Of a stretch of DNA of 64,000 bases, positions 1 through 11,392 are shown piece by piece (position 1 is the first letter of the stretch; each line of letters begins with the position of its first letter). Source of the stretch: an uncultured Planctomycetota bacterium (GTDB taxonomy: Bacteria; Planctomycetota; Planctomycetia; Isosphaerales; Isosphaeraceae); the NCBI GenBank assembly GCA_963823665.1, contig CAWGMQ010000004.1, positions 1,888,001 through 1,952,000 of the forward strand, read 5' to 3'. Made by a program: the position numbers and the translations under genes. The notes under the pieces were generated by a model. That model searched no databases, was not told the DNA's origin, and saw only the letters and a program-made list of their open reading frames with translations.

Positions 1-3000
1 ATTGACCGGGTTATTCGGATTCGTCGCCGGAATACCCCCCGTCGGAGGGCTGAAAGTTGACTGCGCCAGCGGCGTCGCCGCATACAGGTTCCCGTACGGA
101 ACAATTTGACCGCGATACGGATCGGGCCGGCTGTAAGGGTCGTCGCCCGTGAAGATGATGTCCCATGGTGCCCCCGGATACGGATCGATCACGCCCGTCG
201 CACTCGGCGTGTTGTACACAAACCCGCCCAGGTTCACCCCTGGATTGAACCCCGCTTGCGTCGCAAATGAGATCTCCGGCGACGTCTGCGTGTTCACCAG
301 CTCGATAAAGAACCGGTTCGCCCGCGCACCCGTTCCAGTGCCCGCCGTATTGTAAAGGAACGAATACGCCAGCACCTCGTTGATCGCCACCGGATTGTAC
401 TCCATGCCCCATTGGTCGAGCAGCGGTACCGTGGCGCTGGGTGGGTTAATGCTCGCCAGCGCAAGAGTAACCGGCGGCAGCGTCGAGGGCGCCACCACCG
501 TGGCCGTACCGGCGGTATTGAGCGCCGCGATTCCCAGAACAACCACGTCCGGGTTCTGCCAGTGCGTCATCGTGCTGTCCGGGTCCCGGAAGTCCACGAT
601 GTTGATCACATACTGGCTGAGCTGCGCCAGCTCCTCGGCTGTGTCCACCGCCTTCGGCGGCAAGATCGACTTGAGGAGCTGATACGTGTCGTTGATCCAC
701 TTCTGCCGCACCAACTCGTTGCAATCGTTCGAAACCGGCAGCGGATAATTCAAATTGATCTTGTTGTCCCGCTGGGCCAGCCCCGGCGTCATCAGACCCG
801 ACACCCCTGGCACCAAAAGCCCCGCCGTCGTCCCCGCAGCGGCCGATTGAAATCCCGCGTTCGTACCCGCCGTGAACCGGCTGTTCGTCGGAAACACAGG
901 CGCCAGCACTTGCGTCAAGTTTCCAGTCGCGGTGTTCAGCACGAACGTCGGCTGCACCGGGTTGTCGTTCGTCCAGCAAAAGTTGTTCAGGTCCCACGTA
1001 TCGAGCGCAAAGAGCCTGCGCCGCCGCGCACCGTCGAACCCGTTCGTGAAGCTCACAGGCGCAAGCTGCATGAGACGGCTCGACAGCGTCGCTCCGTCCA
1101 CGTCCTGCTGCCGGTACAGCCATTCCAGGTCGCCCGGCCCGAACGGCGAATCATAAAGCGGATTGGGGTAGTAATGATTCATCTCGTCGGCGTCGTTCAG
1201 GCCGTCCGAGTGAAACTGCGAGTTCACGTAATAGTCGTAGCTCGGCAGCGCATTCGGCACATTTCCATTCGTCGTATCCACGTCCAGATACTGCGCACCC
1301 GTGCCCGGATAATTCGGATTGGTCACACCGACAGGGCTCCCCCCCTCGTTCTGAACGGTGGCACCACCCGTGTAATTCTGGTTCGGGAAACGCCCCGCCT
1401 CCAGACCGTGCAGCGGGTTGCTCGTCAAGTCAGGCAGGTACGGATAGACGGTCGGCGTAGTCTGGGTGATGCCGGCCGGGCTCGGGTTCGGCCCGCTGCC
1501 GTAGTACTGGCTGTTCGGGCTGTTGCTGGGCTGCGGAAAATAGATCCCACCGAGATATGTGCCGGTGACGTTAGGCGTCACCACGCCGCTGCTCTCGGTG
1601 TACGTATAGCTCGTGTTGATGACCCCCGGCGATCCCGGCGGCCGGAAATAGCTGTTGAACTCCACTCTCCCGTACGAGTCGCCCCCACGGTTCACAACGG
1701 TGGTCGGGTTCGAGTTCCACGAGTACACATGCCCCGTCCCGTTGATGTCCGCCGGGGTAACCCACCGCCGCATCCGCTCGGAAGGGAACAGCAGCGCCCC
1801 CGCCGCGTCGTAATAGTCGGCGTCACCCACCTCACCACCGTTGACCACCACGCTGCCCGTGCCGTCGGATACGGTAACCGAGTTCAGGGGAAGCGGGCGC
1901 TGCGGGTACGGGTCGTACGTGTTGAAGTTGTCGTCCGCCGCGTCCGGCGGCAGCCCGCTCAAGATGTCCCGGATGTTGATCGAATACCCCGCCCGCACCG
2001 GATTCGCATAATTGATCCCCACCACGTTCACATACTGAGCACCCGACCCCGACGCGCCCGTCGGGTTCGCCGGATTGATGAACGGGCTCCCCGGTATCGA
2101 CTGCGCCTCTCCCCACCTCCCCGCTATCGCCGTGCTGCTCCGAACCACATAAGGTAGCCCCGTGCCGGTATCGATCCCCAGGTTGTCTCCCAGGTCCGCA
2201 ATGCCGTTCGGAAACAGCAGCGGCTGCTGCTCCTGAGTATGGCTCGTCGACCAAAAGACCATGTTCTTTTCACCGTTGGTCAGAAACGTCGGATCGCCGG
2301 CACGCGTCCCGGCCAGCAAATTGCGAAGCTGCGTCAGCCGCACGTCGATCCCGGCATTATCCACCTGCGTGTTGTTGGCAAGCTGGACGTTGTTAAACAT
2401 GTTGTAACCGTATCCGATGTGCGGCGGATCAAACGCCGCGACCCCGTCGAGCCCCGGCACGATCCCACGGTCAAATGCGTTCTGCAGCGCGTACGTCGGG
2501 TCAACCTCGCTGATCGAGTTCCCCAGGTGAACCGCGGTCCCTTGCCCGCCGTAGACTGACGACGGCGTCATCCCGAGGACCGTCGCCCAGGTAGGATCAT
2601 TCGGCGCATAGCCCCCGACCTGCGCCGCCAGGTTCCCCGCCGTGTTCAGCGGAATCCGCCCGTTCAGCCCGATCACCATGAACGCGAACAACGGCTTGTA
2701 CAGCCGCCCGCTCGCATCCCTCCGCGCCGGATAGCCCAGGTCCAGCCACACCGAATCCGGATTGCCGTCGCCGTCGTTGTCCACGTCATAATTAATCTTG
2801 CCGGTATTCGAGTCCGGCAGCAGGTCCGGAAACGTCGTCGCATCATGGCCGTCACTCCTGCGCGGCCGCAGGAACCGCGCAGCCGACTCGGCCCAAAGCG
2901 GGGCCGTGCTGATTAGGCCCCGTCGTCCAGTCGTTGATGTTGTTGTTGCCGTCAACGCGGATGATCCCCGGCCGGTGGAACGACGGAATCATCACCTGCC

Positions 3001-4014
3001 CGTCGGCACTCTGAATCGCCAGGAACCAGTTCTCCAGGTCGCACGCGTCATAATCCTCATCCATCCCGACCCCCGTCGCCCCCAGCCCCGGCACGTTGAG
3101 CCCGGGCTGGCCGAGCACCGGTATCCCCCCCGTATACCGGAAGTTCGGATAATAGCTCGCGGGAACCGAAAGACCGGTGATCGAATCGGTCCTGTTGATG
3201 TTCTGCCCCATCCCCGGCCCGTTGAACGCATGCAGCCAGCGCCCGTCCAGCGTGAAACTGTTCGGGCCCAGCGGCTGGTTGTTCGTCACCGCATTCCAGA
3301 TGTAAAAGCCCGGGAGCTGCGTGATCTGCGGCTGCGGCTGCGTCCCGCTCCCCGACGTTTGCACTCTGACCGTCTGGTTCACGAGCTCCGCGTTCCGATC
3401 GCTCGCCGGAATGTTCACCTGCAACGTCCGCCCATTCGTCGAGGCGGCGTTATACCCCGTGTCGCCAATGATCTCGAACGACTGCGTGATCGCCCCCGTG
3501 CCAAGATCCGAATTCGCTCCGGAATACGCGTTGGGGTTGCCCAGGAGCGTACCTTTGTAGCTCAACTGCATCGATCCAGCGCTGAAAGCTGTACCCGAAA
3601 AAGGCACTGTCATTCGACTGGATGTTGGTCGTCAGGTTGTAAAGCGTCGGTGCCCCGAGCGGATTCGGCTGCGTGACGCTCACGATCGAAAACGCCAGCC
3701 CCGTCGTGGGGCTGCACTCCCAGCAGAGCATTGCCCGTCGCGTCGTTGCCGTACATGTCCCGCGCCAGACTGTGCCCGCGGATCACCGAGCGAATGTCGT
3801 TCGTATCCGTGATGAGCTGCGACAGCCCGAAATCGATCAGCTCCTCGGCCTGCGGCTGGAACAGCGAAAGCATGAACCCCTTGTTGCTGATCTTCGATTG
3901 CGCGGCATAGGTCGCGAAAGTCACCCCGACAAGCGCCAACAGCCCCAGCATGGCCAGAACGAGCACCAGCACAATACCCCGGCGCTCCACCCCCGGTGAT
4001 CGAGAAGTCAACAT
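1..4014 (-). CDS. Giant PilX/GspK-like pilus-associated protein, 3' end outside window, frameshifted near 3720 and 2890
   Basis: N-terminus RRG|IVLVLVLAMLGLLALVGVTFA is PilX/GspK-like (no Glu5). The frame continues through ORF pieces 3610-4020 and 2852-3613, then reads RFLRPRRSDGHDATTFPDLLP...YDVDNDGDGNPDSVWLDLGYP and appears open to the window edge. Confidence 0.7.
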
Positions 4015-4035
4015 GGCCAATCCCCCGTGTCTTTC

Positions 4036-4105
4036 GTAGGTCAGGCTTTGGCCTGACGTTTGTCTTCTCTTTCGCAGTCTCTCGTAGGTCAGGCTTTAGC
4101 CTGAC
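4036..4105. repeat. Two GTAG-type REP-like palindromes (GTAGGTCAGGCTTT[G/A]GCCTGAC)
   Basis: Copies at 4036-4057 and 4084-4105; GTAG tetranucleotide followed by a GTCAGGC/GCCTGAC stem; intergenic. Confidence 0.8.
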
Positions 4106-4111
4106 GTTTTT

Positions 4112-6432
4112 CTACAACTGGTTCGTAAAATCCTGCCTGATCGTCAACGACTTGACGCGTTGATTCGTGGGATCCGCCACGCGGATCTGGATCTGAATTC
4201 CCCGCAAGGCCGCCTGGTAGGGCGCCGGATACGACGGATAAACCGGCGGCGAATACGGCGGACCCACCAGAAAACCCGTGGAGTTATTGAGCCCGTGCCC
4301 GGCGCCTGGCTGTATTCCGTCGACCAGCTATCCCACACTCGCCGCAGCCGCACCACCCCCGGGGTGTCGTCGCCGATGTTGCCGTTGTTGTAGGTGCCCT
4401 TGTTCACCGTGAGGAAGGGGCTGCCCGCACCCAGATAGTTCGCCGCAATCCCGAACTGGGCGTCGAACACGCAGATCATTCGTGATCGGCGGCATTCGCC
4501 CCTCGTGCGCCAGACGTTTGAGTGAGCGTGTTAATCCACAGCGCCGCCTGGAGCCCACGAGCGGCGGCACGACGTGATCGCCGGAAAAGTCCCGCATTTC
4601 CGTGCAGGAAGCGCCCGCCGCGGCGGACGTCATCACGTTCGCGCCGAACACCTACAGCGAAGGTCGTTACCCCACCCCAGGTCGGCATACTCCCCGAGCA
4701 CGTTGTCATACGCCTTCACGTCAAAGCTGCGCACGTTGGTCATCACCAGGTCGTCTTCAAAGCTCACCGCCCAGACCGGGTCGATCGGGCCGCCGGGCAC
4801 GCCCAGGAAAATGCTCATGTTGTTGTGATAAGCCTGCGCATCGCTGAAGATCTGCGGATTTCGCCGGATGATCGAGAAGTCGTACGCAGCCGGGAAAGGT
4901 CCCTCCCTGCGCCGTCGTCAGCGGAACCCCCATCCATGGCAGAAGCTGGTTGTCCTCCGCAACCGGCACCACGCTCGCGGCCCGCGGCGTGAGCCCGTTG
5001 GGCTGCCCGTAAGCCGCGGCGTTGACCCCAATTCGATGGCGTCGTTCACCTGCTGGTCGGATCGTTCCAGTGCACCGACAGCGTCTCCCGCCACGTCGGG
5101 AACCCCCACCACGTTTGCAGCATCTGCGTCCCGCTGATATTCCCCTGCGTGATCGGCGGATTCGACGGCGTCGGCAGGTTGTCCGCCAGGTCCAGCGGGT
5201 TGTGGTTCAGACACTGAAGATAGCCGATCGGGTTCTGCTCGAAAGTCTGCGCTGCGTCGTTCCCGAAGGGGGGAACCACGTTGGCATACGGGCTCGGCGA
5301 ATGGATCCACCCGTACTGGTCGGCCGAAAGGATCTGCGGTTGCGTGTAAGCCCCCGGAAAAATGTACGGGAACGCCAGCAGGCCGCTGCCGATCGTGAAC
5401 GGCCCCGTGTTGATCGAGTAATTACTCAAGTAATTGGGTGCGTTGATGAGCCCCGTCGCCAGCACGTTCGGGTAAAGCGTCGGGTAAAGGTCCGGCACCT
5501 TGTCGCCATTGAGGTCGTCCGAGAAACCGTCGGGATTCGGGCCAACTGCCACGGCGCCCGATTGCGGATTGACGGTCAGCGTGAAGTAGTCGTCGGAAAA
5601 CCGCGGCGCCGCAAACCGGTTCTCCCTGTTCGTCAGCGAGGAGAGCGTGTTCAGCACGATCGTGTGCGCCGCCAGTGCGCTCGGCGTGATCCCCAAGTGA
5701 TTCGGTCCCGTTGTCGCCGGGTGCGCCGACAGGTCGTTCACACCCTGCCAGCTTACCGGCACAGCCCCAGCTCCCGCGATGAACGCCGCTCCGTTCGCCT
5801 GGACGACGGTATTACCCAGCGCGGTCGGATAAAAACCAATACCACCGGCATTCGGCGCGAGAAGGCGTGAACGCCAGGTTGCCTACAGTCGGTACGATCG
5901 CCGGCTGAAGCTCTGGAGCAATGAGCAGCACCCGCCGGTAAAGGTTGCCGTTGCGTAGGAAATAAATGATCTCCGCATACTCGCTTGTCACCGTCACCGG
6001 CTGCGCGTTCGAGTTCGAAAAGAACTGTGCATTCGCCGGCTGCGTCACCCAGACCCGCCCCGTGAACGGCTGCCCCGGCGGCGCCTTGGCCGTGAACCGC
6101 AGGCAGTCGTCGCTGTCTTCCCCCTGCGTGTCCGCAAATTCGTTCTCGATGTACTCGAAATAGCCCAGGTTCTGCGTCGGGTCCAAGGGCGGCGTGAAGT
6201 GCGCCGTCGCGCCCCCCAGATCCGAGCGAATCGTCGACTCCAGCAGCTTGATCTGGTTGTCCAGGTCTTGAATCTGCTGCGCCGCCGTCAAAGCCCCCGT
6301 CGCAGACTGGAAGATCTGCACCAGCACCGTCATGATGATGACGAGCACCGCCACCGTCACCAGCATCTCCACGAGCGTGACGCCACGGCGCGTGGCCAGA
6401 TGCCGCGATTTGCGCCTGATGGTTGATGTCAC
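4112..6432 (-). CDS. Large prepilin (PilW/GspJ-like), multiply frameshifted
   Basis: RRG|VTLVEMLVTVAVLVIIM N-methylation motif. Continues via ORF pieces 5046-5762, 4633-4818 and 4144-4479 to C-terminal LRGIQIQIRVADPTNQRVKSLTIRQDFTNQL*. Confidence 0.75.
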
Positions 6433-6440
6433 GGTAAGCC

Positions 6441-8009
6441 TCACGGGATGACGGTGAACTGCTGGGGAATCACGTTGACCACATACGGCGAAAGCAAGGC
6501 AGCATTGTAGACCGCCGGCTTGCCCGGCGCGTTCAAGATCGTGCGCGCCTGAAGCGTGCGATCGACATAAACGACCATGGAACGCATCTGCGGAGGCGGG
6601 GTTGAATACAGCGGCGGATCGTCGATCGCCGGCAACACCTTCTGCACCTGGTACCAGAAGCACCGCTGCGCCGGCAGGTTGTCCCACTCACCGTTGTTAA
6701 ACGGATTCGGAACGCCCGCCGGAGGGAGGCCGTTATAGAATCGCCCTGCTTGCGAGTTCTGGTTGTAAACCGTCTGAGCATTGCGCTCGTACGTCACGTC
6801 CGCAATCCAGTCGCCAGGCCTCACCACCGGGTCCGGCTCCGACGAATACCACCGCAAGAGCACCGTCCGGTCCGCACCCACTCCATATCCTCCCTGCACG
6901 TTCGCGCTGTGGCCCCAGATCGCCTCGACCACCGTCTCGCCCGCCACCTGGTACGTTCCCCCCTGCGGCAACCCCTGGCCGCTCGGCGGGTTGCTCACCG
7001 CCGAGATCCCGAACGGCCGGTTCTCGAACACCACGATGTTGCCCTCGAACGTCGCACCCCCACTCGCGCTCACCTGATACCCCGTGAACATCCACGAGTA
7101 ATGCCAGTCCAGGGCCGGCGCGTTCGGCGACGACGGCAGGCTCAGGTCCGGTAGAACCGGGCTGAATGCACTCGTCGCCACCGCCTCCACCCACACCACG
7201 TCCTCCTGCGAGACAAAAATGTTCGGCACCACCTTCGAGATCGGCATGATCGGAGTGACCTGGCCGTTCAAGATCACATACGGCCGATTGAAATTGGTGA
7301 TCCGCTGCAAGCCGTGAGCACTGGGTGGCCCTCCGTCCGACGGATCATTCCGGATATACCCGATCCCGTTCCCGAACCGGGCCTCGAACTGATCGCCCAG
7401 ATAATACCCGTTCGGGCTCTGGTCGCCCGGAACCGACCCTGTTCCCGGCGGCGTCTGATACCGCCAGAGCGGGTCGTATGCGAAGGGCAGTCCGTACCCG
7501 TTCGCCCCCGGCGGGTATGTCGAGCTCGCACCCAGCGTCAGCCCAGTGGTGGGATCGCGATAGTCCTGCCCGTACGCCGGAGTGTCCTGGGTCAGCGGGC
7601 TATAAGGCTGGCCGCTAACCAGCGTGACGTACCACGGCGTCAAACCGTACTGATAATTGATCGCGTCCATCAGTCCAAACGACGACGGGCTGAAAAGCCC
7701 CCGCGCCGACCCGTCCGAGCCCACCGAATCGACCAGGATCTTCGTCCGCGAATACCGCGCAGCGTCCCGCATCCGCAGCAGCCCGATCGGGAACAGCGTC
7801 GCCAGCGAAACCAGACCCACCCCGAGAATCATGATCGCAATCAAGATCTCGGTCAGCGTGATCCCCCTGCGACCCACGCCGCCCCCATGGTGCAGGCACA
7901 CTCCGTGTGCCGCCCGCAAAGCTCGCCCAGACGCCGCTCTCTTGGCCCGAGCCACGTAGCAGGCACACTCCGTGTGCCGCCCGCTCAGAACCCGTTTTCG
8001 AGCCACCAT
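6441..8009 (-). CDS. Large prepilin (PilV/GspI-like), 522 aa with unusually long leader
   Basis: RRG|ITLTEILIAIMILGVGLVSLATLFP motif; start is 2 bp from the stop of the upstream gene. Confidence 0.85.
   Translation of the reverse strand: MVARKRVLSGRHTECACYVARAKRAASGRALRAAHGVCLHHGGGVGRRGITLTEILIAIMILGVGLVSLATLFPIGLLRMRDAARYSRTKILVDSVGSDGSARGLFSPSSFGLMDAINYQYGLTPWYVTLVSGQPYSPLTQDTPAYGQDYRDPTTGLTLGASSTYPPGANGYGLPFAYDPLWRYQTPPGTGSVPGDQSPNGYYLGDQFEARFGNGIGYIRNDPSDGGPPSAHGLQRITNFNRPYVILNGQVTPIMPISKVVPNIFVSQEDVVWVEAVATSAFSPVLPDLSLPSSPNAPALDWHYSWMFTGYQVSASGGATFEGNIVVFENRPFGISAVSNPPSGQGLPQGGTYQVAGETVVEAIWGHSANVQGGYGVGADRTVLLRWYSSEPDPVVRPGDWIADVTYERNAQTVYNQNSQAGRFYNGLPPAGVPNPFNNGEWDNLPAQRCFWYQVQKVLPAIDDPPLYSTPPPQMRSMVVYVDRTLQARTILNAPGKPAVYNAALLSPYVVNVIPQQFTVIP
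7892..7984. repeat. Two 26-bp REP-like palindromes (GCAGGCACACTCCGTGTGCCGCCCGC) inside a prepilin leader
   Basis: Identical copies at 7892-7917 and 7959-7984, the second starting from GTAG; GGCACAC/GTGTGCC stem. Confidence 0.8.
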
Positions 8010-8011
8010 GG

Positions 8012-9588
8012 TCAGGGCCCCCCTCTCGGTGTTCCCTGCTCGCTCGCCAGGAACGGATACCCCGGGTTGTAGATCGTCCCGTTCGCCGGATTGACGGGAT
8101 TGTCAAATTGCACGTTGTCATTGGTGGTGACCTGGCCCGTTCGCGTGAACAGCGTCACGATGCGATACTCGCCCTGGAGCGACGGCCCCGTATACGGCGT
8201 GCTCCCGAGCACAAGCTGCTGCTTGATGTTCCCCACCGGCAGATACACCGGCTGCCCGCTCACGATCGGCACCGGATTGTTGTTATTATCGAGATGGATC
8301 CCCCTCACGTCGCTCCGCTCCGACAGCCAGAAGTGAAAAAACGCACCCGACATGCCAAACGACGATGGAGTCGAATAGATCGTCGTTGGAACCACCGTCC
8401 CATTGGGATAAACCAGGATGTCCACATACCCCGAGAACGGATTGATCACCCCCGTCGGAAACTGCGACCGCTCCTGGAATGCATTCCCCCAGGTCGTCAG
8501 GTCCACCACCACATTGGTCGGCAGCGACACCTCCCGCGAATTGGCCGCCGGAGCCGGACGCCGCTGAATCGTGTACAGTTGACTGACACCCAGCCCCGTG
8601 GTCAAAACCGCGGCAGGCCAGGCCTCGTTCTCCCACTCGAACAGGTCGTCCGTGATATACGAGCCGCCCCCGTTGGCAACTTCCGCGTTGTAATTGTTGT
8701 CCACCCCGTCATACCCTTCATCGATCCAGCCGTTCTGGTTGTCGTCGAGCCCGTTGACCAGGAACAGGTACTCGGGCGACACCGTGACCGGGTTGGCTGC
8801 GGGTCCCTGAAACTCGGAGAACGAGTCTGGTGACACCTGGCCGGCCGGGCCCAGGTTCACAAAAAGCTCGGTGTTGCCTTGCTGCGGTGTCACGACCATC
8901 GGCCCGACAACCGTGTACCAGAGGCCCGAGCCGTTGATCTGGAGCTTGTCGCCAACCCGGATGTTCCAGAACCAGGAAGTCGGCGAGTTCAAGGTTCCAT
9001 TGTTTTCCACCACGATTTCCTTGACCATCAGCACATTGGCCGTGCCGTTGGGGCTGCCGAGGACACTGTTGTTAAGAAACGGGTAAAATCCCCCGCCATT
9101 TCCCGCCGGATAGGGGACGTTAAGAACGGCGCCCGGCACCGTTACGGACAGGCGCCAGCTTCCCTTCGGTATACTCCGGCGCCGCTTCGATCGGGATGAT
9201 CCGGTTCGCCGCCAGCGGCTGCGTCGGGTCGATCTGACCGTTCGCCATGTAGACGAGCGGGAAGGCCGGGTCCGGCAATCAGGCGAATGCCGCTCGGAGC
9301 CTGCGTCTGCAGCGCCGAATCCCGCGCACCCACCAGTGCAGCCTGCAGGATCCGCGCCGCTTCACTCACCTCACGGTGCGCCATCGCCGGTAAGACCACC
9401 GGCAACGCCACCGCGCTCACCAGCAAGATGATCAAGATCACCACCAGCAGCTCGATCAGCGTGAACCCACCGCGTCGGGAACGCGAACGCTTCGCCGCCA
9501 GTGCATGTGCCGTGCGCTCTGGCGAACGGCGAGGCACTCGCTCATGCAACTGACAACCGACAACTGACAACTGACAACTCCCAATCAT
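8012..9588 (-). CDS. Large prepilin (FimT/GspH-like), frameshifted near 9278 and 9150
   Basis: GG|FTLIELLVVILIILLVSAVALP...EAARILQAALVGARDSA. A bridging frame LPDPAFP...NRIIPIEAAPEYTEG joins ORF 9142-9588 to ORF 8012-9139. Confidence 0.75.
9547..9579. repeat. CAACTGA heptamer tandem repeat, within a prepilin leader
   Basis: caactga-caaccga-caactga-caactga-caact. Confidence 0.85.
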
Positions 9589-11303
9589 CCCGACCCCCCG
9601 ATCCCGCTCACCGCTGAGAGATTGTGGTTGCTGATGTCGTCCTTGGCCGCCTCTCGAAGGTCATAGCTCGAGGGATGCGTCGGATCGTCCGACGATACGT
9701 TCTGGAAGCTGGGCGTCCCGGTCCCACCCGTCGGATACTGTGCCGTATTCAGGAATCCCGAAAGGCTCACCGTTCCTCCACCGAAGACATCCAGCGCAAA
9801 CGGCAGCGCATTGTTCTCATTCGCGATCAAGTACGACGCCGCGCCCGCGCCAAGCTGATTCATATCGGAATCCGCATACAGAAACACCCCGGGCTGCTTG
9901 TCGCGGCCCCCCGAGAGAATCAAGAACTTGGTGTAATACGCTCGCCGCAAATAGCTGCCGCTCCGGTCCCAGTACAAGCCGGTCGCATTCGAGGCCAGCG
10001 GCACCGGCTCGGTGAGCCGGTGAAAGAAGTACTCGAATGCCTCCACGCCTCCGCTGCCCCCCAGCGAGGCCGCCGGCGGCCAGCTCCCTGCAAACGGTGA
10101 GTTGTTGTTGGCCGCCAACTGCCCTCCCACTCCGGTCTGAGACCACCACTGCGGGGCCGTCAGTTGCAGATTCGGGTCCAGCGGATCCCGGTCCCGTTCC
10201 TGAAAAACAGCGCCAATGTTGACGTTCGCCGTCGTCGAGTCGTAGGTCTGATACGGCGGCAGCAGGTTGTTACTGTTCACGATGTTCGGGTCGGGAAGTA
10301 TCATCTGCCCGCGCTGAAGATCCGAGTGATACAGGATCGGCCATCGGAAAAACTGCAGCGGCTGCCCCCAGGCATCCACGAACTCCAAGAGCCCGTCGCC
10401 GTCGGTGTCCATCACCTCGCGGTCGGTGAAGTCATCCCGGCTGAAAACCGAGCCCAGCGGCCCCGACCCCTCCACCAGAATCGCATACAGCATCTCGGCC
10501 CGCGCCGTCGCATGCGCGTGGTTCGACTGAAGCAGCGTGCTGTCCCACCCCCCCTCGCCAATCTCGTCGATCAGATTGTTCTGATTGTTGTCCAGCCCAT
10601 CGAACCCGAACGGCGCGGTCCCCGGCAGGTTCTTGAACAATCCCGCCGCGGCCGTGTACGACGCACCCATGATCCCCAGTCCCGTGAACCCGTAACTCGG
10701 ATTCGACAGGTTCCCGTCGCCATAACTGCTGTTTGTCGGGTCGTTGACAATCGTATTGCCAATCGGCAGCACGTAAGGCGCGTAGGTGCCATTGGGCGAC
10801 ATCAGCGGGTTGGCCGTGCCGGCGGTATATCCCTGGCCCGCGAAGTTGATCGGGTAGTTCGGATCGCCCTGAAGAAAGAACACATCCGGCACTTCGCGCT
10901 TCAGGTAGTCATACCAGGCGAACGCCTGCGCCCGCGCGGAAGTCGTGAGATCCGAGTTGAGCTGGCCGCTCTTGATGAGCGAAGGTGCCGGCCCGTAGGT
11001 ACTGTTCCACACCGCCGCCATGTAACCGTGCGCCCAGTTGGGATCGGGCCGGCTTTGCATGAGCGCGTCCAGCCGGTCGTTGAGCCCCCCTTCCAGCTTC
11101 GTGATCAGCGACTGCGTGGCTCGCTCCTCCGCCCGCCGCGCCGCATCCGTCGCCGCCAGCAACACGAACGACAGGATGATCGCAATGATCGTGATCACCA
11201 CCAGAAGCTCGATCAGCGTGAATCCGCGCCGCGATCCCGCCCCGGCGCTCCCATGAGCCCGCGGCATGCTCCCCCATTCGTGCACCACACGACGAAGATT
11301 CAT
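9585..11303 (-). CDS. Large prepilin / type II secretion pseudopilin-like protein
   Basis: RRG|FTLIELLVVITIIAIILS; contains DTDGDGLLEFVDAWGQPL and ILSGGRD motifs typical of GspG-like heads. Confidence 0.85.
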   Translation of the reverse strand: MNLRRVVHEWGSMPRAHGSAGAGSRRGFTLIELLVVITIIAIILSFVLLAATDAARRAEERATQSLITKLEGGLNDRLDALMQSRPDPNWAHGYMAAVWNSTYGPAPSLIKSGQLNSDLTTSARAQAFAWYDYLKREVPDVFFLQGDPNYPINFAGQGYTAGTANPLMSPNGTYAPYVLPIGNTIVNDPTNSSYGDGNLSNPSYGFTGLGIMGASYTAAAGLFKNLPGTAPFGFDGLDNNQNNLIDEIGEGGWDSTLLQSNHAHATARAEMLYAILVEGSGPLGSVFSRDDFTDREVMDTDGDGLLEFVDAWGQPLQFFRWPILYHSDLQRGQMILPDPNIVNSNNLLPPYQTYDSTTANVNIGAVFQERDRDPLDPNLQLTAPQWWSQTGVGGQLAANNNSPFAGSWPPAASLGGSGGVEAFEYFFHRLTEPVPLASNATGLYWDRSGSYLRRAYYTKFLILSGGRDKQPGVFLYADSDMNQLGAGAASYLIANENNALPFALDVFGGGTVSLSGFLNTAQYPTGGTGTPSFQNVSSDDPTHPSSYDLREAAKDDISNHNLSAVSGIGGSG

Positions 11304-11343
11304 TCCAACCCCGCCCGTAGAGAACCCCACGGAAGGCTAAAAA

Positions 11344-11385
11344 CAACTGACAACTGACAACTGACAACTGACAACTGACAACTGA
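11344..11385. repeat. CAACTGA heptamer tandem repeat, 6 copies, intergenic
   Basis: Six perfect copies. Confidence 0.95.
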
Positions 11386-11392
11386 CCCGAAA

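Noticed and set aside
412..2157. Long plus-strand ORFs here and at 10164-11357 and 15684-17204, and the minus-strand ORF 40346-41560
   Set aside because: Antisense shadows of real genes, expected in high-GC DNA.
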